A DNA stretch of 64,000 nucleotides from Candidatus Eiseniibacteriota bacterium (GTDB lineage Bacteria; Arandabacterota; Arandabacteria; Arandabacterales; Arandabacteraceae). The stretch lies in contig JBDRNT010000036.1 in assembly GCA_043810925.1 (NCBI GenBank), forward strand, positions 1-64,000. The letters are read 5' to 3'. Within the stretch, counting starts at the first letter, position 1. Each line of letters starts with the position of its first letter. Shown piece after piece: positions 54,792 through 64,000 of this stretch. A program made the position numbers and the translations under genes. The notes beneath the pieces are model-generated. The model ran no database searches, was not told where the DNA came from, and was given only the letters and a program-made list of their open reading frames with translations.

Positions 54792-54877
54792 GTCCTTTGT
54801 AAGTCATCTTCTTCTGTGCAACGCGTCGAGTCCAATTCAAAAACCCTGGTACCTCTCCCCTGTTGAGGAGTGACTGC

Positions 54878-57112
54878 ATGAAACGATGGATCACAGGCAC
54901 AGTCTATACATGTATCGCAGCATTGGCATTGATGGCTGTGCTTCCCTGTCGAGCGGAACCACAAGAACCCCACAGGGTCCCCAAGTTGAGTTCCGATGTC
55001 AATGTCGACGGTCATCTGGATGAGCGCATCTGGGAGAAAGCCCTCCTGCTCACGCTTGACTACGAGGTGCGTCCCAGTGAGAATGTACCGCCACCGGTTA
55101 AGACCGAGATACTTCTCGCCTATGATGAGACACATCTCTACTGCGGTGTCCGCGCTTATGACCCTGATCCGTCACAGATCTGTGCCCGGCTCTGTGATCG
55201 CGACAATCTGTGGGACGACGACTGGTTTGCGCTCAATCTTGACACCTTCAACGACCAGCGCCGCTCCTACCTCCTTTTCTGTAACCCGCTTGGCGTCCAG
55301 GCCGACAACATCGAGGTCACCGGGGGCGATGGAACCGAGTGGGATCCAATCTGGGATTCGGCGGGACGAATCACTGAAGAAGGTTATGTGTTGGAGATGG
55401 CGGTACCCTTCAGTTCGCTGCGGTTCCAGCGGACCGATGAAGACCAGATATGGGGGATCGATGCCATCCGGAGCTACCCACGGAGTGTGCGCCATCACAT
55501 AGGGCTTTTCCCGCGTGACCGGGACAACAACTGCTATCTCTGCCAGGCGGAGAAACTGATCGGCTTTGCGGGGGCGACCCCGGGGAGGAATATCGAACTC
55601 GCCCCTACCTTCTCGACAGTCCACACCCAGATCCGGGAGGATGAGGATGTCGAAGAGGACTTCCTCCCGGTCGACAGCAGCTATGAACCGGGGCTTACTG
55701 CGCGGTGGGGCCTTACACCGAATCTCACCCTGAGCGGCACTCTCAATCCCGACTTCTCCCAGGTCGAGGCGGACGCAGCCCAGCTGGACATAAACACCCA
55801 GTACGCGATCTACTATTCCGAGAGACGTCCCTTCTTCCTCGAATACGCCGACATCTTCCACAGCGAACTCCAGATCGTCCATACACGCACACTGGCTGAC
55901 CCAGCATGGGGCATAAAACTCACCGGCAAGGAACGGCCCGAGAACACGATCGGGGCATTCATGGTTATGGATAAAGTTACGAACCTCCTCATACCGGGAA
56001 ACGAGGGTTCGGAGACCACTGAACTTGACACAAAGTCTCTGGGTTCGGTGCTGCGCTCACGCCGGGATGTCGGAAGCTCCTCTACTCTGGGAATGTTGTT
56101 CACCGATCGTGAGGGCAACGACTACTACAACAGGGTGGGAGGCTTTGACTGTGACATGAGGATCACTGAACAGGAACTAGTGAGGTTCAACGTGCTGGGC
56201 TCCCAGACACGCTATCCCGACACCGTCGTCTCGGAGTTTGGCCAGCCGGATGGCGTTTTCCAGGATATGGCCTTTGATTTTTTCTATATGCACTCGACCA
56301 GGGGACTCGACTACTACGCGATCCTGCGTGATGTGGGATCCGACTTCAGGGCGGACCTGGGTTACAGGCCGAAGGTGGGCTACAGATTCGGTGAGGCGGG
56401 CTGGGGTCATACCTGGCACAACGACAGCGATCACTGGTATAACATGCTCAACTTCGGCATGGGCTACGAGTATGAGGAAAAGGAAAGCGGCGACCTTCTC
56501 TATAAGGGCGTCGCATCGTGGTTTAACTTCAGCGGGCGATCACAGTCATTCGTCAACATGTGGGGCTTTTACGGAAGGCAGAAGTACGATCGTGTTGACT
56601 TCAATCGCAGGATCCTGAATTTAGAAGGGGGTTTCTGGCCCACGTGTTCGCTCTTCCTCTTCCTCGACGCAACGGTCGGAGACGGCATCGACTATGATCA
56701 CACACGGGAGGGCACGGAGATCACATTGGAACCGTTTGTCGAATACCTGCTGGGATGTCACCTGAGATTCGAGATTGGACACACCTTCCAGCGGCTCGAC
56801 GTCGATGAGGGGCGTCTTTATACCGCGAATATCAGCAGGCTCAAGGCGATCTACCAGATTAACAGACGCAGTTTTCTCCGCGCGATCCTTCAGTACATGG
56901 GCTACGACCAGAACACCGACCTCTTCGCCGATGCTGACACAAAGCCAAGGGAGACCTATCTTCTAAGCCAGCTCCTCTTCTCCTATAAGGTAAACCCGCA
57001 GACAGTCCTCTTTGTTGGGTACAACGATGGGTACTACAGTGATCAGGATATCAGCCTGACGCAATCAGACCGGACAGTGTTTGTGAAGGTTGGTTACGCC
57101 TGGACCCTGTAA
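54878..57112 (+). CDS. CBM9-like N-terminal domain with DUF5916-like outer-membrane beta-barrel
   Basis: Signal peptide, VDGHLDE..W, EMAVPFSSLRF, NPDFSQVEAD, ERRPFFLE and an aromatic C-terminal strand. Confidence 0.85.
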   Translation: MKRWITGTVYTCIAALALMAVLPCRAEPQEPHRVPKLSSDVNVDGHLDERIWEKALLLTLDYEVRPSENVPPPVKTEILLAYDETHLYCGVRAYDPDPSQICARLCDRDNLWDDDWFALNLDTFNDQRRSYLLFCNPLGVQADNIEVTGGDGTEWDPIWDSAGRITEEGYVLEMAVPFSSLRFQRTDEDQIWGIDAIRSYPRSVRHHIGLFPRDRDNNCYLCQAEKLIGFAGATPGRNIELAPTFSTVHTQIREDEDVEEDFLPVDSSYEPGLTARWGLTPNLTLSGTLNPDFSQVEADAAQLDINTQYAIYYSERRPFFLEYADIFHSELQIVHTRTLADPAWGIKLTGKERPENTIGAFMVMDKVTNLLIPGNEGSETTELDTKSLGSVLRSRRDVGSSSTLGMLFTDREGNDYYNRVGGFDCDMRITEQELVRFNVLGSQTRYPDTVVSEFGQPDGVFQDMAFDFFYMHSTRGLDYYAILRDVGSDFRADLGYRPKVGYRFGEAGWGHTWHNDSDHWYNMLNFGMGYEYEEKESGDLLYKGVASWFNFSGRSQSFVNMWGFYGRQKYDRVDFNRRILNLEGGFWPTCSLFLFLDATVGDGIDYDHTREGTEITLEPFVEYLLGCHLRFEIGHTFQRLDVDEGRLYTANISRLKAIYQINRRSFLRAILQYMGYDQNTDLFADADTKPRETYLLSQLLFSYKVNPQTVLFVGYNDGYYSDQDISLTQSDRTVFVKVGYAWTL

Positions 57113-57113
57113 G

Positions 57114-57143
57114 AAAAGCGGGGTGGGTCTCCCCCACCCCGCT
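57114..57143. terminator. Intrinsic terminator between convergent genes
   Basis: AAA-AGCGGGGTGGG-tctcc-CCCACCCCGCT; the U-tract is on the minus strand. Confidence 0.75.
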
Positions 57144-57166
57144 GTCATAGATCTCACCAAAACCTG

Positions 57167-57775
57167 CTACGCCGGCCCCTCGAACTCCTCATCCATGGTG
57201 ACGTGGATAGTGATACAGGCCTTCCAGTCAAATACCATAGGGTCGGATGGACTAGGATCAGGGTCGACGTCGCCCGTTTCGCTGACCACGGTGAATGTCA
57301 GGACCGGGTTGGCACCGCCCAGGAAGTCTTGCAAGGCCTGGTCGAGAATCGCAACGCCACCGGGCTCCAGATCCGCGGTGACACTGACTCCCAGCGTCGC
57401 CAGGATTGACAAACTCGTGTATTCAATCAGCGTCGCGTCAGCGCCCGCGTCCCTCCGGACCGTAATCTCTCCGGAGCACGTCCAGTCATGGGTGTGCGAG
57501 AAGGCGGTCACCGTGTAAGAGCCACCCACCACAACGGCGCTCACGATGTCATCCCGGCTTATGTCGTTATCCGCGAGAATGTCTTCGATTTCCTCTCCGT
57601 AGTTCACCGTCTTCGGTGTTGTGAAATTCTCTGAATCCTCATCCTCGTGGAAGTCAGCACAAGTCGTCCCAGTGAGGACGATCTCGATGACCTTATCCTC
57701 AAGGAGACAACTCACACCGCCAAACATAATGAACACGAGAAGCAGGATAAGTATCATACCTGAAATCGTTTTCAT
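57167..57775 (-). CDS. Acidic lipoprotein, unknown function
   Basis: Lipobox GVSC, GGAGAG RBS and beta-rich sequence; co-oriented with the upstream barrel gene. Confidence 0.8.
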   Translation of the reverse strand: MKTISGMILILLLVFIMFGGVSCLLEDKVIEIVLTGTTCADFHEDEDSENFTTPKTVNYGEEIEDILADNDISRDDIVSAVVVGGSYTVTAFSHTHDWTCSGEITVRRDAGADATLIEYTSLSILATLGVSVTADLEPGGVAILDQALQDFLGGANPVLTFTVVSETGDVDPDPSPSDPMVFDWKACITIHVTMDEEFEGPA

Positions 57776-57802
57776 GGTCTCACTCTCCTCCGCGCTCTTC
57801 GC

Positions 57803-58735
57803 CTAGTTGCCAATGGATACCCCGAACGAGAAACTGCTCATACCGGCAAGGCTGTACTCGACATGGCCGTTGACGGCAGGCAGATTCAGTGCCAGCCCAA
57901 CCGTGAAACGGACTGACGAATCGGTCCCGAAATCGAGATTGATCGCTTCCGCATCACCAGACGCATCACTCTCGTACGCGACCTCCATGGAGGATCGATC
58001 GAGAGAAAGACCTGTATACGGTTCTATGAAGAGTATGCCGTAGGCGAATCGCTTGCTTGCCTGGGCTCCTATGGACAGGGCGCTGCTCTTCATCAGATCG
58101 CCACCGGCAGCGTTTTCCCCGATCTTAAAACTCTGCCAGAAAAAGCCTCCCGATAAAGCAACCGGGAAGGCAGGATCCAGGTACTGCGATATGCTGTGCC
58201 TGAGACCAAACCCGAAGAGCGAGATATTGCCCAACTCGACATCACCGATATCAACCGCGATGTAACGAATCAACGCCTCAGTTCCCATGTAGGATCCGAT
58301 ACGAAGCTGGGGCGTTGCCAGAGTAAGTGCGCCGATATCGAAACCTCCCGGGAAAATGAAACTCGTCCCGGCCTGTCCGTCTACGATCGTGGCATCTCCG
58401 GGCCCCACGACGGTAGAGGTTTCCGCCGTTTTCTGCGGCAGGAAGTCACCCTCGGTGGTAGCCTCAAAAGTCTTGTCGTCGTTACCGAAGCGTGCCGACA
58501 TCATCCGCACCTCAAAGCGAAGGTACATATCCGTCTTTGGGATGTATGCCGAATGGAAGAGCCCGCTGTTTAAGTCAGCACCGACCCCGTCGGCCAGGGG
58601 CTGAAGATACCCGGTTGCGTTGTCCCCGCTGTAGTTGGATAGCTGGTCTTCTACCTGAGCCGCCGATCCGGAAACCAGACACAGGATCAGGAGAGGACTC
58701 GCAACTGCCGTCAAGAAACGCTTTGGACTTGCCAT
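57803..58735 (-). CDS. Probable outer-membrane beta-barrel protein (DUF6588-like)
   Basis: Signal peptide, GYLQPL...LNSGLFHSA, GFGLRHSISQY and alternating strands; AAGGAGGAGG RBS. Confidence 0.75.
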   Translation of the reverse strand: MASPKRFLTAVASPLLILCLVSGSAAQVEDQLSNYSGDNATGYLQPLADGVGADLNSGLFHSAYIPKTDMYLRFEVRMMSARFGNDDKTFEATTEGDFLPQKTAETSTVVGPGDATIVDGQAGTSFIFPGGFDIGALTLATPQLRIGSYMGTEALIRYIAVDIGDVELGNISLFGFGLRHSISQYLDPAFPVALSGGFFWQSFKIGENAAGGDLMKSSALSIGAQASKRFAYGILFIEPYTGLSLDRSSMEVAYESDASGDAEAINLDFGTDSSVRFTVGLALNLPAVNGHVEYSLAGMSSFSFGVSIGN

Positions 58736-58875
58736 AGCACCTCCTCCTTGGTTAAAGGCCAGTCTATGAAATCTCTATCAAACCCGTGAAAGGGATTCTA
58801 AGCACTGATGCGCAGTGATGTAAAGCTTAATGTTGGTCAAAGTCATCGAGTGCCGGCCAAGATGGTCTATTCAGA

Positions 58876-58904
58876 TTGACAAAACTGCAAATAGCCTTTA
58901 TAAT
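58876..58904 (+). promoter_or_regulatory. Perfect-consensus sigma70 promoter
   Basis: TTGACA-N17-TATAAT. Confidence 0.85.
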
Positions 58905-59027
58905 TCCGCATGAAAAGACGATAAGTGATATATGATGTGGGGGACATCCACGGAGGGGATGTACCCGTTCCAAGCCCGCTCACGGCAGAGCATACCAGGC
59001 TGACTGTTTGAATGGAGGTTACATACC

Positions 59028-60239
59028 ATGTTTCGAGGGTGCCGTGTCCGACCGACCAAACCGGGTGGATACCTGCTGGTTGTTGTTCTCATACTCGGGC
59101 TTGTGGGAATCGCGCAAGCGAAGGAATTCACCAGGGGATTGCGCGTCATTGACCGATCCACGCGCGTCGGTGTGACAGTCACATGTCCATCCGACACCAC
59201 TGTGGATTGCCCCGACTGTGCTGCTCCTGAGATGTGTGGTTGGGCAACGGCTACGGGATGTGATCCGAACCCCGCGTTAAGCTATGAAGACTCTGTCGTG
59301 TTTTTCCGCTGTCCATGGGAATACACAGTCCTCCGTACCTGGACTGCCACTGATGGATGTGGCGATACCGGATCGTGCCGGCAACTGATTGCGGTCAGGG
59401 ATACTGTGTCACCGACTATCACATTCTGCCCTGAGGACGTCGTCGCCGAGTGTGGATCCGATATGGACGCACTCGGTCATGCGGTCGCTTTTGATAACCG
59501 TAACCCAGAGCCCACGACTCTCTATGAAGCGGCAACAAGGGCCGGCCAGGCTCCGTGCGAGTTTGTGGTGGTCAGGTCCTGGGAGTTCAGCGACGGCTGC
59601 TGTAACATGACTCACTGCCAGCAGGTGGTCACAATGGTAGACACAGAGGCGCCGGTCCTCACGTGCGCGCCTCCCGACACCTTCGCATGCGATGAAGAGG
59701 CCCATTTCACTCCTCCGGCTGTAAATGAGTGCTGTGATCCCTCACCTGTACTGACTGCCGCTAACACGGACACGATACCGGGACCGGGACCGGGCACGTA
59801 CACGAAATGCTGGTTCGCGACTGACCGGTGCGGCAATGTGTCGAATGTGTGTTGTCAGAGGATTGTCATAGAGCCGTGCTTCAAGTCTGAGGATGCCCCG
59901 TTTGCAGCTTCAGCCGGTGGATTTGAGGCGCTCGCCCCTGAGCGCACGGAGACTGACCTGCCCTCAAGGTTCGGAGCAAGCTGCCACCCTAACCCGCTCA
60001 GCGGGAGTACGACAATCAGCTACACCCTGCCCGTCCCAAGCGAGGTTGCCATAGGGATCTTCGATATCCACGGCAGGAAGGTGGCCTCTCTCTTATGCGG
60101 GCACTCCCCCGCCGGTCATCACAGTGTGGCCTGGAACGGAACAGATGATAGAGGTGTTCCGGTAGCCTCCGGTATGTATGTCTTGAAGGTGGACTTCGAC
60201 ACTGGGCCCGACATCCTCAGAAAACTGGTCAAGATGTAG
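59028..60239 (+). CDS. Secreted Cys-rich HYR-like repeat protein with FlgD-Ig/T9SS-like C-terminus, paralog A
   Basis: Three CPxD..C...RTW.ATD.CG....C.Q.I.V.D repeats and PNP...ASGMY tail. Confidence 0.88.
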   Translation: MFRGCRVRPTKPGGYLLVVVLILGLVGIAQAKEFTRGLRVIDRSTRVGVTVTCPSDTTVDCPDCAAPEMCGWATATGCDPNPALSYEDSVVFFRCPWEYTVLRTWTATDGCGDTGSCRQLIAVRDTVSPTITFCPEDVVAECGSDMDALGHAVAFDNRNPEPTTLYEAATRAGQAPCEFVVVRSWEFSDGCCNMTHCQQVVTMVDTEAPVLTCAPPDTFACDEEAHFTPPAVNECCDPSPVLTAANTDTIPGPGPGTYTKCWFATDRCGNVSNVCCQRIVIEPCFKSEDAPFAASAGGFEALAPERTETDLPSRFGASCHPNPLSGSTTISYTLPVPSEVAIGIFDIHGRKVASLLCGHSPAGHHSVAWNGTDDRGVPVASGMYVLKVDFDTGPDILRKLVKM

Positions 60240-60381
60240 CGGCACCAGTTTCAGCTAAAGAATCCACAAAGGTGGTCGACCAACTGGGTGAGGTGCGGCC
60301 ACCCCGGGCGGTGAGTATATTGCTCCCGCACCCGCCACGTTTAGGCAATCGCGCCAGGGATCGTAGCGGAGGTAAGGAATC

Positions 60382-61575
60382 ATGTTCCGAAGGCATCAGG
60401 GCCCAGGACAGGGTGTGTTTACAGTTTTGCTCTTCGCAGTGATTATTGTGACTCTTGCCGGCAATGCTGACACCAGGGGCTTACAGCAAAGGGCCGTCAC
60501 GGCAGATATGGCCGCCGACGTGCTGACCCTCTTCTGCCCGTCGGACATTACGCTCGACTGCCCCTTCGACATTGCCCCCGAGTACACGGGCCGGCCGAGG
60601 ATCACCGGTGGTACTCCGCCCTATGATACGACCTATCTCGATGTCGGGAGAGAATGCTGCTGCATAGACACGTTCGTGCGTGTCTGGTGTGTCACCGATT
60701 TTGTGGGCACTGTCGATACGTGTATGCAGACCATAGTCTTCAAAGACGACGTTCCCCCGGAGATCACCTGTCCGCCCGATGTTGACTATGAGTGTGACAG
60801 CATCGGCGACTTCGGGTATGCAACCGCAACCGATAACTGTGACTTGAACCCCAGGATCACCCACATCGACTCTGTCATGTTTGAGCGCTGCCCCTGGGAG
60901 GCATGGGGCATCCGTACATGGATCGCGACTGACTACTGCGGCAACGCCGATACCTGCTACCAGAGGATCTCCGTCCAGGACAGTAAGACGCCTGTGATCG
61001 TCTACTGCCCGCCGGACACTGTGGTTGCGTGCGATTTCAACATGGCGGAGCTCAGTCACGCAATCGCAATCGACAACTGTAATCCTCAGCTCGATATGGA
61101 CTACGAGGTGGCGAGGCTTCCCGGACAGGCACCGTGCAACTACTCGATTGTCCGTTCATGGGAGTTCACTGATGGTTGCTGCAACACGATCGCGTGCCAG
61201 CAGCGGGTGACCGTGCGAGAAGTCCCGGGCGCGGCGGACGCAGCCGACGATGGTATCGCGATTCGTGAAGTCCCGGAGCAGTCCGTGGCCGTAGTACCCG
61301 CTGAAATCAGGGTGAGCTGCCGTCCCAATCCGACGGACGAAGGTACCGCCATCATGTATTCGCTGCCGGTTCAGGGTAGCGTGACCGTTGATATCTATGA
61401 CATTCAAGGCAGAAGAGTGATATCGCTTGTTCGTGATGAGAAACCCGCCGGCAGCCATGCAGTTGACTGGACGGGGAGCGATTCCGATGGTAGACCGGTC
61501 ACCTCGGGGGTCTACTTCTGTCGCGTCAAAATCAAGGACGGGCCCGGTATTCTCGAGAAGATAATCAAGATGTAG
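60382..61575 (+). CDS. Secreted Cys-rich HYR-like repeat protein, paralog B
   Basis: Same repeats, including RCPWE and [11 protein letters not shown], and PNP...SGVYF tail. Confidence 0.88.
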   Translation: MFRRHQGPGQGVFTVLLFAVIIVTLAGNADTRGLQQRAVTADMAADVLTLFCPSDITLDCPFDIAPEYTGRPRITGGTPPYDTTYLDVGRECCCIDTFVRVWCVTDFVGTVDTCMQTIVFKDDVPPEITCPPDVDYECDSIGDFGYATATDNCDLNPRITHIDSVMFERCPWEAWGIRTWIATDYCGNADTCYQRISVQDSKTPVIVYCPPDTVVACDFNMAELSHAIAIDNCNPQLDMDYEVARLPGQAPCNYSIVRSWEFTDGCCNTIACQQRVTVREVPGAADAADDGIAIREVPEQSVAVVPAEIRVSCRPNPTDEGTAIMYSLPVQGSVTVDIYDIQGRRVISLVRDEKPAGSHAVDWTGSDSDGRPVTSGVYFCRVKIKDGPGILEKIIKM

Positions 61576-61595
61576 TATCGTTCGCAATGGAGCCG

Positions 61596-61627
61596 ACAGA
61601 GCCCACCCCACGGTGGGCTTTGTTGTG
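61596..61627 (+). terminator. Intrinsic terminator after paralog B
   Basis: AGCCCACC-ccac-GGTGGGCT followed by TTGTTGT. Confidence 0.65.
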
Positions 61628-61628
61628 A

Positions 61629-61657
61629 TTGACAGTACAGCTGATCCGCGGTATAAT
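61629..61657 (+). promoter_or_regulatory. Perfect-consensus sigma70 promoter
   Basis: TTGACA-N17-TATAAT. Confidence 0.85.
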
Positions 61658-61782
61658 GGTATACAGAGTCGGGAAGTGAGCAGGGTGTGTGGGGCATATC
61701 CAGGATGGACAGGTACCCGTGTCTTAGGGGCAATTACAATGTTCGAACGAGCCGGCTTCATTGCCGGCGGAGGTGGTCAAAG

Positions 61783-62994
61783 ATGACGCGGTGCTACAGG
61801 GAAACACTATCGAAATCAGCCGGGTTGGTCTTGATCCTGGTCTTGCTTGCAGCGCTTGTCGGTGGCGTCCAGGCCGAAGAGATCAAGAAGCACAGTGGGA
61901 GTGGAAAACTCACCGACGACGAATTGACCGTAATATGCCCGCGTAACATAACAGTGGATTGTCCCACCCATATCGGTCCTGAATACACCGGCCGGCCATC
62001 GATCAGAGGCGGCACCGGACCGTTCGATACTTCCTTTGTCAATATAGGGATGAAGTGCGGTTGCGATTTCAGGTTCACGCGTGTATGGATCGCGGCCGGT
62101 GCTGAAGGTAGATGTGATACTTGCCTGCAGACTATAACGGTCCATGACAACGTGCCACCCGTGCTCAACTGCCCGGAAGATGTGGTCTATGAGTGTGATG
62201 CCGTCGGGAGTTTCGGTCGGGCCACTGCTACCGACAATTGCGACCCTAACCCGACCATCCGCTACAGCGACTCTATCGCATTCGAGCGATGTCCCTGGGA
62301 GTTCACGACAATACGCACGTGGAGAGCCCACGACCGTTGCGGCAACGTGACCACGTGCGAGCAGGAGATCAAGATCGAGGACTCCACACCACCTGTCATA
62401 ATCTGCTGTCCGCGCGATACAATCGTCTGCCGCGGCTTCAACGTTGATCGCCTCGGCGATGCGATTGCGATTGACAACTGCAACCCCAGACTCGAGATGT
62501 CCTACGAGACGGCGAGACTCCCCGGACGGTCCGAATGTGATTACTCGGTCATCCGCTCATGGGAGTTCACCGACGGCTGCTGTAACATGGTGGCCTGCCA
62601 GCAGCGCGTGACATTCCGCTGTGAGCGTGACCTCGACACCCGGGCACGTGACCACGAGGATGGTGATGAGGACGAAGAATCCGATCGCCGTGAGCCCGGA
62701 ACGGAATCACCGGTACCGGCCCAGCTGGCCTTGAGCAGTCAGCCCAATCCGCTGAGTGGGGCCACCACGATAAGATACGCCCTTCCGGCGGCCGGAGACG
62801 TCTCCGTGGCGATCTTCGACATCCAGGGCAGGGAGGTTGCTATACTCACCGGTGGACACCACGAGGCGGGCTATCACAGTGTCACATGGGACGGGCATGA
62901 CAGCCAGAACCGACCGGCGGTTTCCGGAGTTTACTTCTGCAGGCTCGAGTGTGGTACGGAGCCGGCTATCCTGGAGAAGCTCGTCAAGTTCTAG
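61783..62994 (+). CDS. Secreted Cys-rich HYR-like repeat protein, paralog C
   Basis: ATG after GGAGGT; same repeats and C-terminal domain. Confidence 0.88.
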   Translation: MTRCYRETLSKSAGLVLILVLLAALVGGVQAEEIKKHSGSGKLTDDELTVICPRNITVDCPTHIGPEYTGRPSIRGGTGPFDTSFVNIGMKCGCDFRFTRVWIAAGAEGRCDTCLQTITVHDNVPPVLNCPEDVVYECDAVGSFGRATATDNCDPNPTIRYSDSIAFERCPWEFTTIRTWRAHDRCGNVTTCEQEIKIEDSTPPVIICCPRDTIVCRGFNVDRLGDAIAIDNCNPRLEMSYETARLPGRSECDYSVIRSWEFTDGCCNMVACQQRVTFRCERDLDTRARDHEDGDEDEESDRREPGTESPVPAQLALSSQPNPLSGATTIRYALPAAGDVSVAIFDIQGREVAILTGGHHEAGYHSVTWDGHDSQNRPAVSGVYFCRLECGTEPAILEKLVKF

Positions 62995-64000
62995 GTCTTC
63001 TGATCGGCCTTCCGGATCTTTGCCCAGGCATCGCGTAGCGTCACCGTGCGATTGAATACCAGCTTCTCACGTGTCGAATCAACGGAGTCAACACAGAAGT
63101 AGCCCAGACGTTCAAACTGATAACGGCTCCCCGGATCGGCACCTGCCACACTCGGTTCAACCCGGCATGAGTCGAGGATCTTCAGGGAGTCGGGGTTGAT
63201 ATACGAAGTGAATTCCTTCCCCTCTTCGACATCGAGTGGGTTCTCTTTGGTGAAGAGATTTTCATAGAGCCTTATCTCGGCCGGTAGCGAGTGGGCGGCC
63301 GAGACCCAGTGAAGCGTAGCCTTCACCTTGCGGCCGTCGGGCGCATCACCTCCGCGGGTGGCCGGGTCGTAGGTGCAACGGAGCTCGGTCACCTCGCCCG
63401 TACGCTCATCTTTGACCACGCCGACACACTTGATGAAGTATGCGTACCTGAGCCTTACCTCCCTGCCGGGTGCAAGCCGGTAGAACTTCTTGGGAGGATC
63501 TTCAAGAAAGTCGTCCCGCTCGATATAGAGCACCCGCGAGAACGGGACCTTGCGTGTCCCCATCGAGGGATCTTCGGGGTTATTGACGGCATCCAGATCC
63601 TCCACCTGATCTTCCGGGTAGTTGTCTATCGTCACCTTAAGAGGTCGCATGACGCCCATCACACGCGGCGAGCGCTTGTTGAGATCCTCCCGCACGCAGT
63701 ACTCAAGAAGCGCGATATCCACGATGCTGTCAGCCTTAGCAATTCCTATTCGGCTTAAGAACTGTTTGATCGCCTCCGCCGTATATCCGCGCCTTCGCAT
63801 GCCTACCAGTGAAGGCATCCGGGGATCGTCCCATCCACTTACGTACTCTCCTTCAACAAGCTGCATCAGCTTCCGTTTGCTCAGGACCGTCTGACCCATA
63901 TTGAGGCGGGCGAACTCGATTTGCTGTGGGTGATGCACCTTGAGCTAGTCGAGAAACCAGTCGTAAAGCGGACGGTGATCCTCAAACTCCAGACTGCAGA
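62991..64000 (-). CDS. glnS: Glutamine--tRNA ligase, 3' part, with an in-frame TAG at 63945-63947
   Basis: [53 protein letters not shown] and QFERLGYF motifs. Confidence 0.95.

Noticed and set aside
60256-60282. TAAA-N15-GTCGACCA upstream of HYR paralog B as a sigma28 promoter
   Set aside because: The -10 matches only 5 of 8 positions, too weak to call.

Overview
A 64 kb chromosomal segment from a GC-rich diderm bacterium. The many secreted proteins ending in FlgD-Ig/T9SS-like C-terminal domains or a short (T/S)WGx(I/V)Kxx(Y/F)(R/K) tail suggest an FCB-group candidate lineage such as Eisenbacteria, Krumholzibacteriota or Latescibacterota (inference only). From about 1 to 24.6 kb the genes are almost all on the + strand: sugar ABC transporter, surE, apt, tRNA-Pro, tRNA-Arg, a diguanylate cyclase, UDP-sugar enzymes, a histidine kinase with a sigma54 activator, lptE, trxB, leuS, an S9 peptidase and an ADP-ribosylglycohydrolase. 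A dif-like XerCD site at 24646-24673 sits where gene orientation flips, so the window probably spans the replication terminus. The most striking block (about 30.4-45.2 kb, - strand) is a regulatory island holding FliA/WhiG-type sigma28, an FlgM-like anti-sigma, CsrA, a STAS anti-anti-sigma, a sigma54 activator, CheA-CheW, an MCP with a Cys-rich tail, an MshEN-bearing PilB/GspE ATPase and a PilZ protein. No flagellar structural gene lies in the window. The wiring can be read from the DNA: a sigma54 promoter precedes fliA, and five sigma28-like promoters precede cheA, the MCP-pilB pair, STAS-csrA-flgM, the distant kinase/activator pair and an unannotated 24-aa peptide. Other observations are a variant c-di-GMP-I-like riboswitch, CsrA-type GGA hairpins in paralog leaders, GTAG-type REP palindromes, a catalytically dead M1 peptidase homolog, a three-member Cys/aromatic-rich secreted family (one copy with an in-frame UGA at a Cys position), three tandem Cys-rich HYR-like proteins, tRNA-Glu, and glnS with an in-frame TAG. 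All family assignments come from motifs recognised by eye; no database searches were run.
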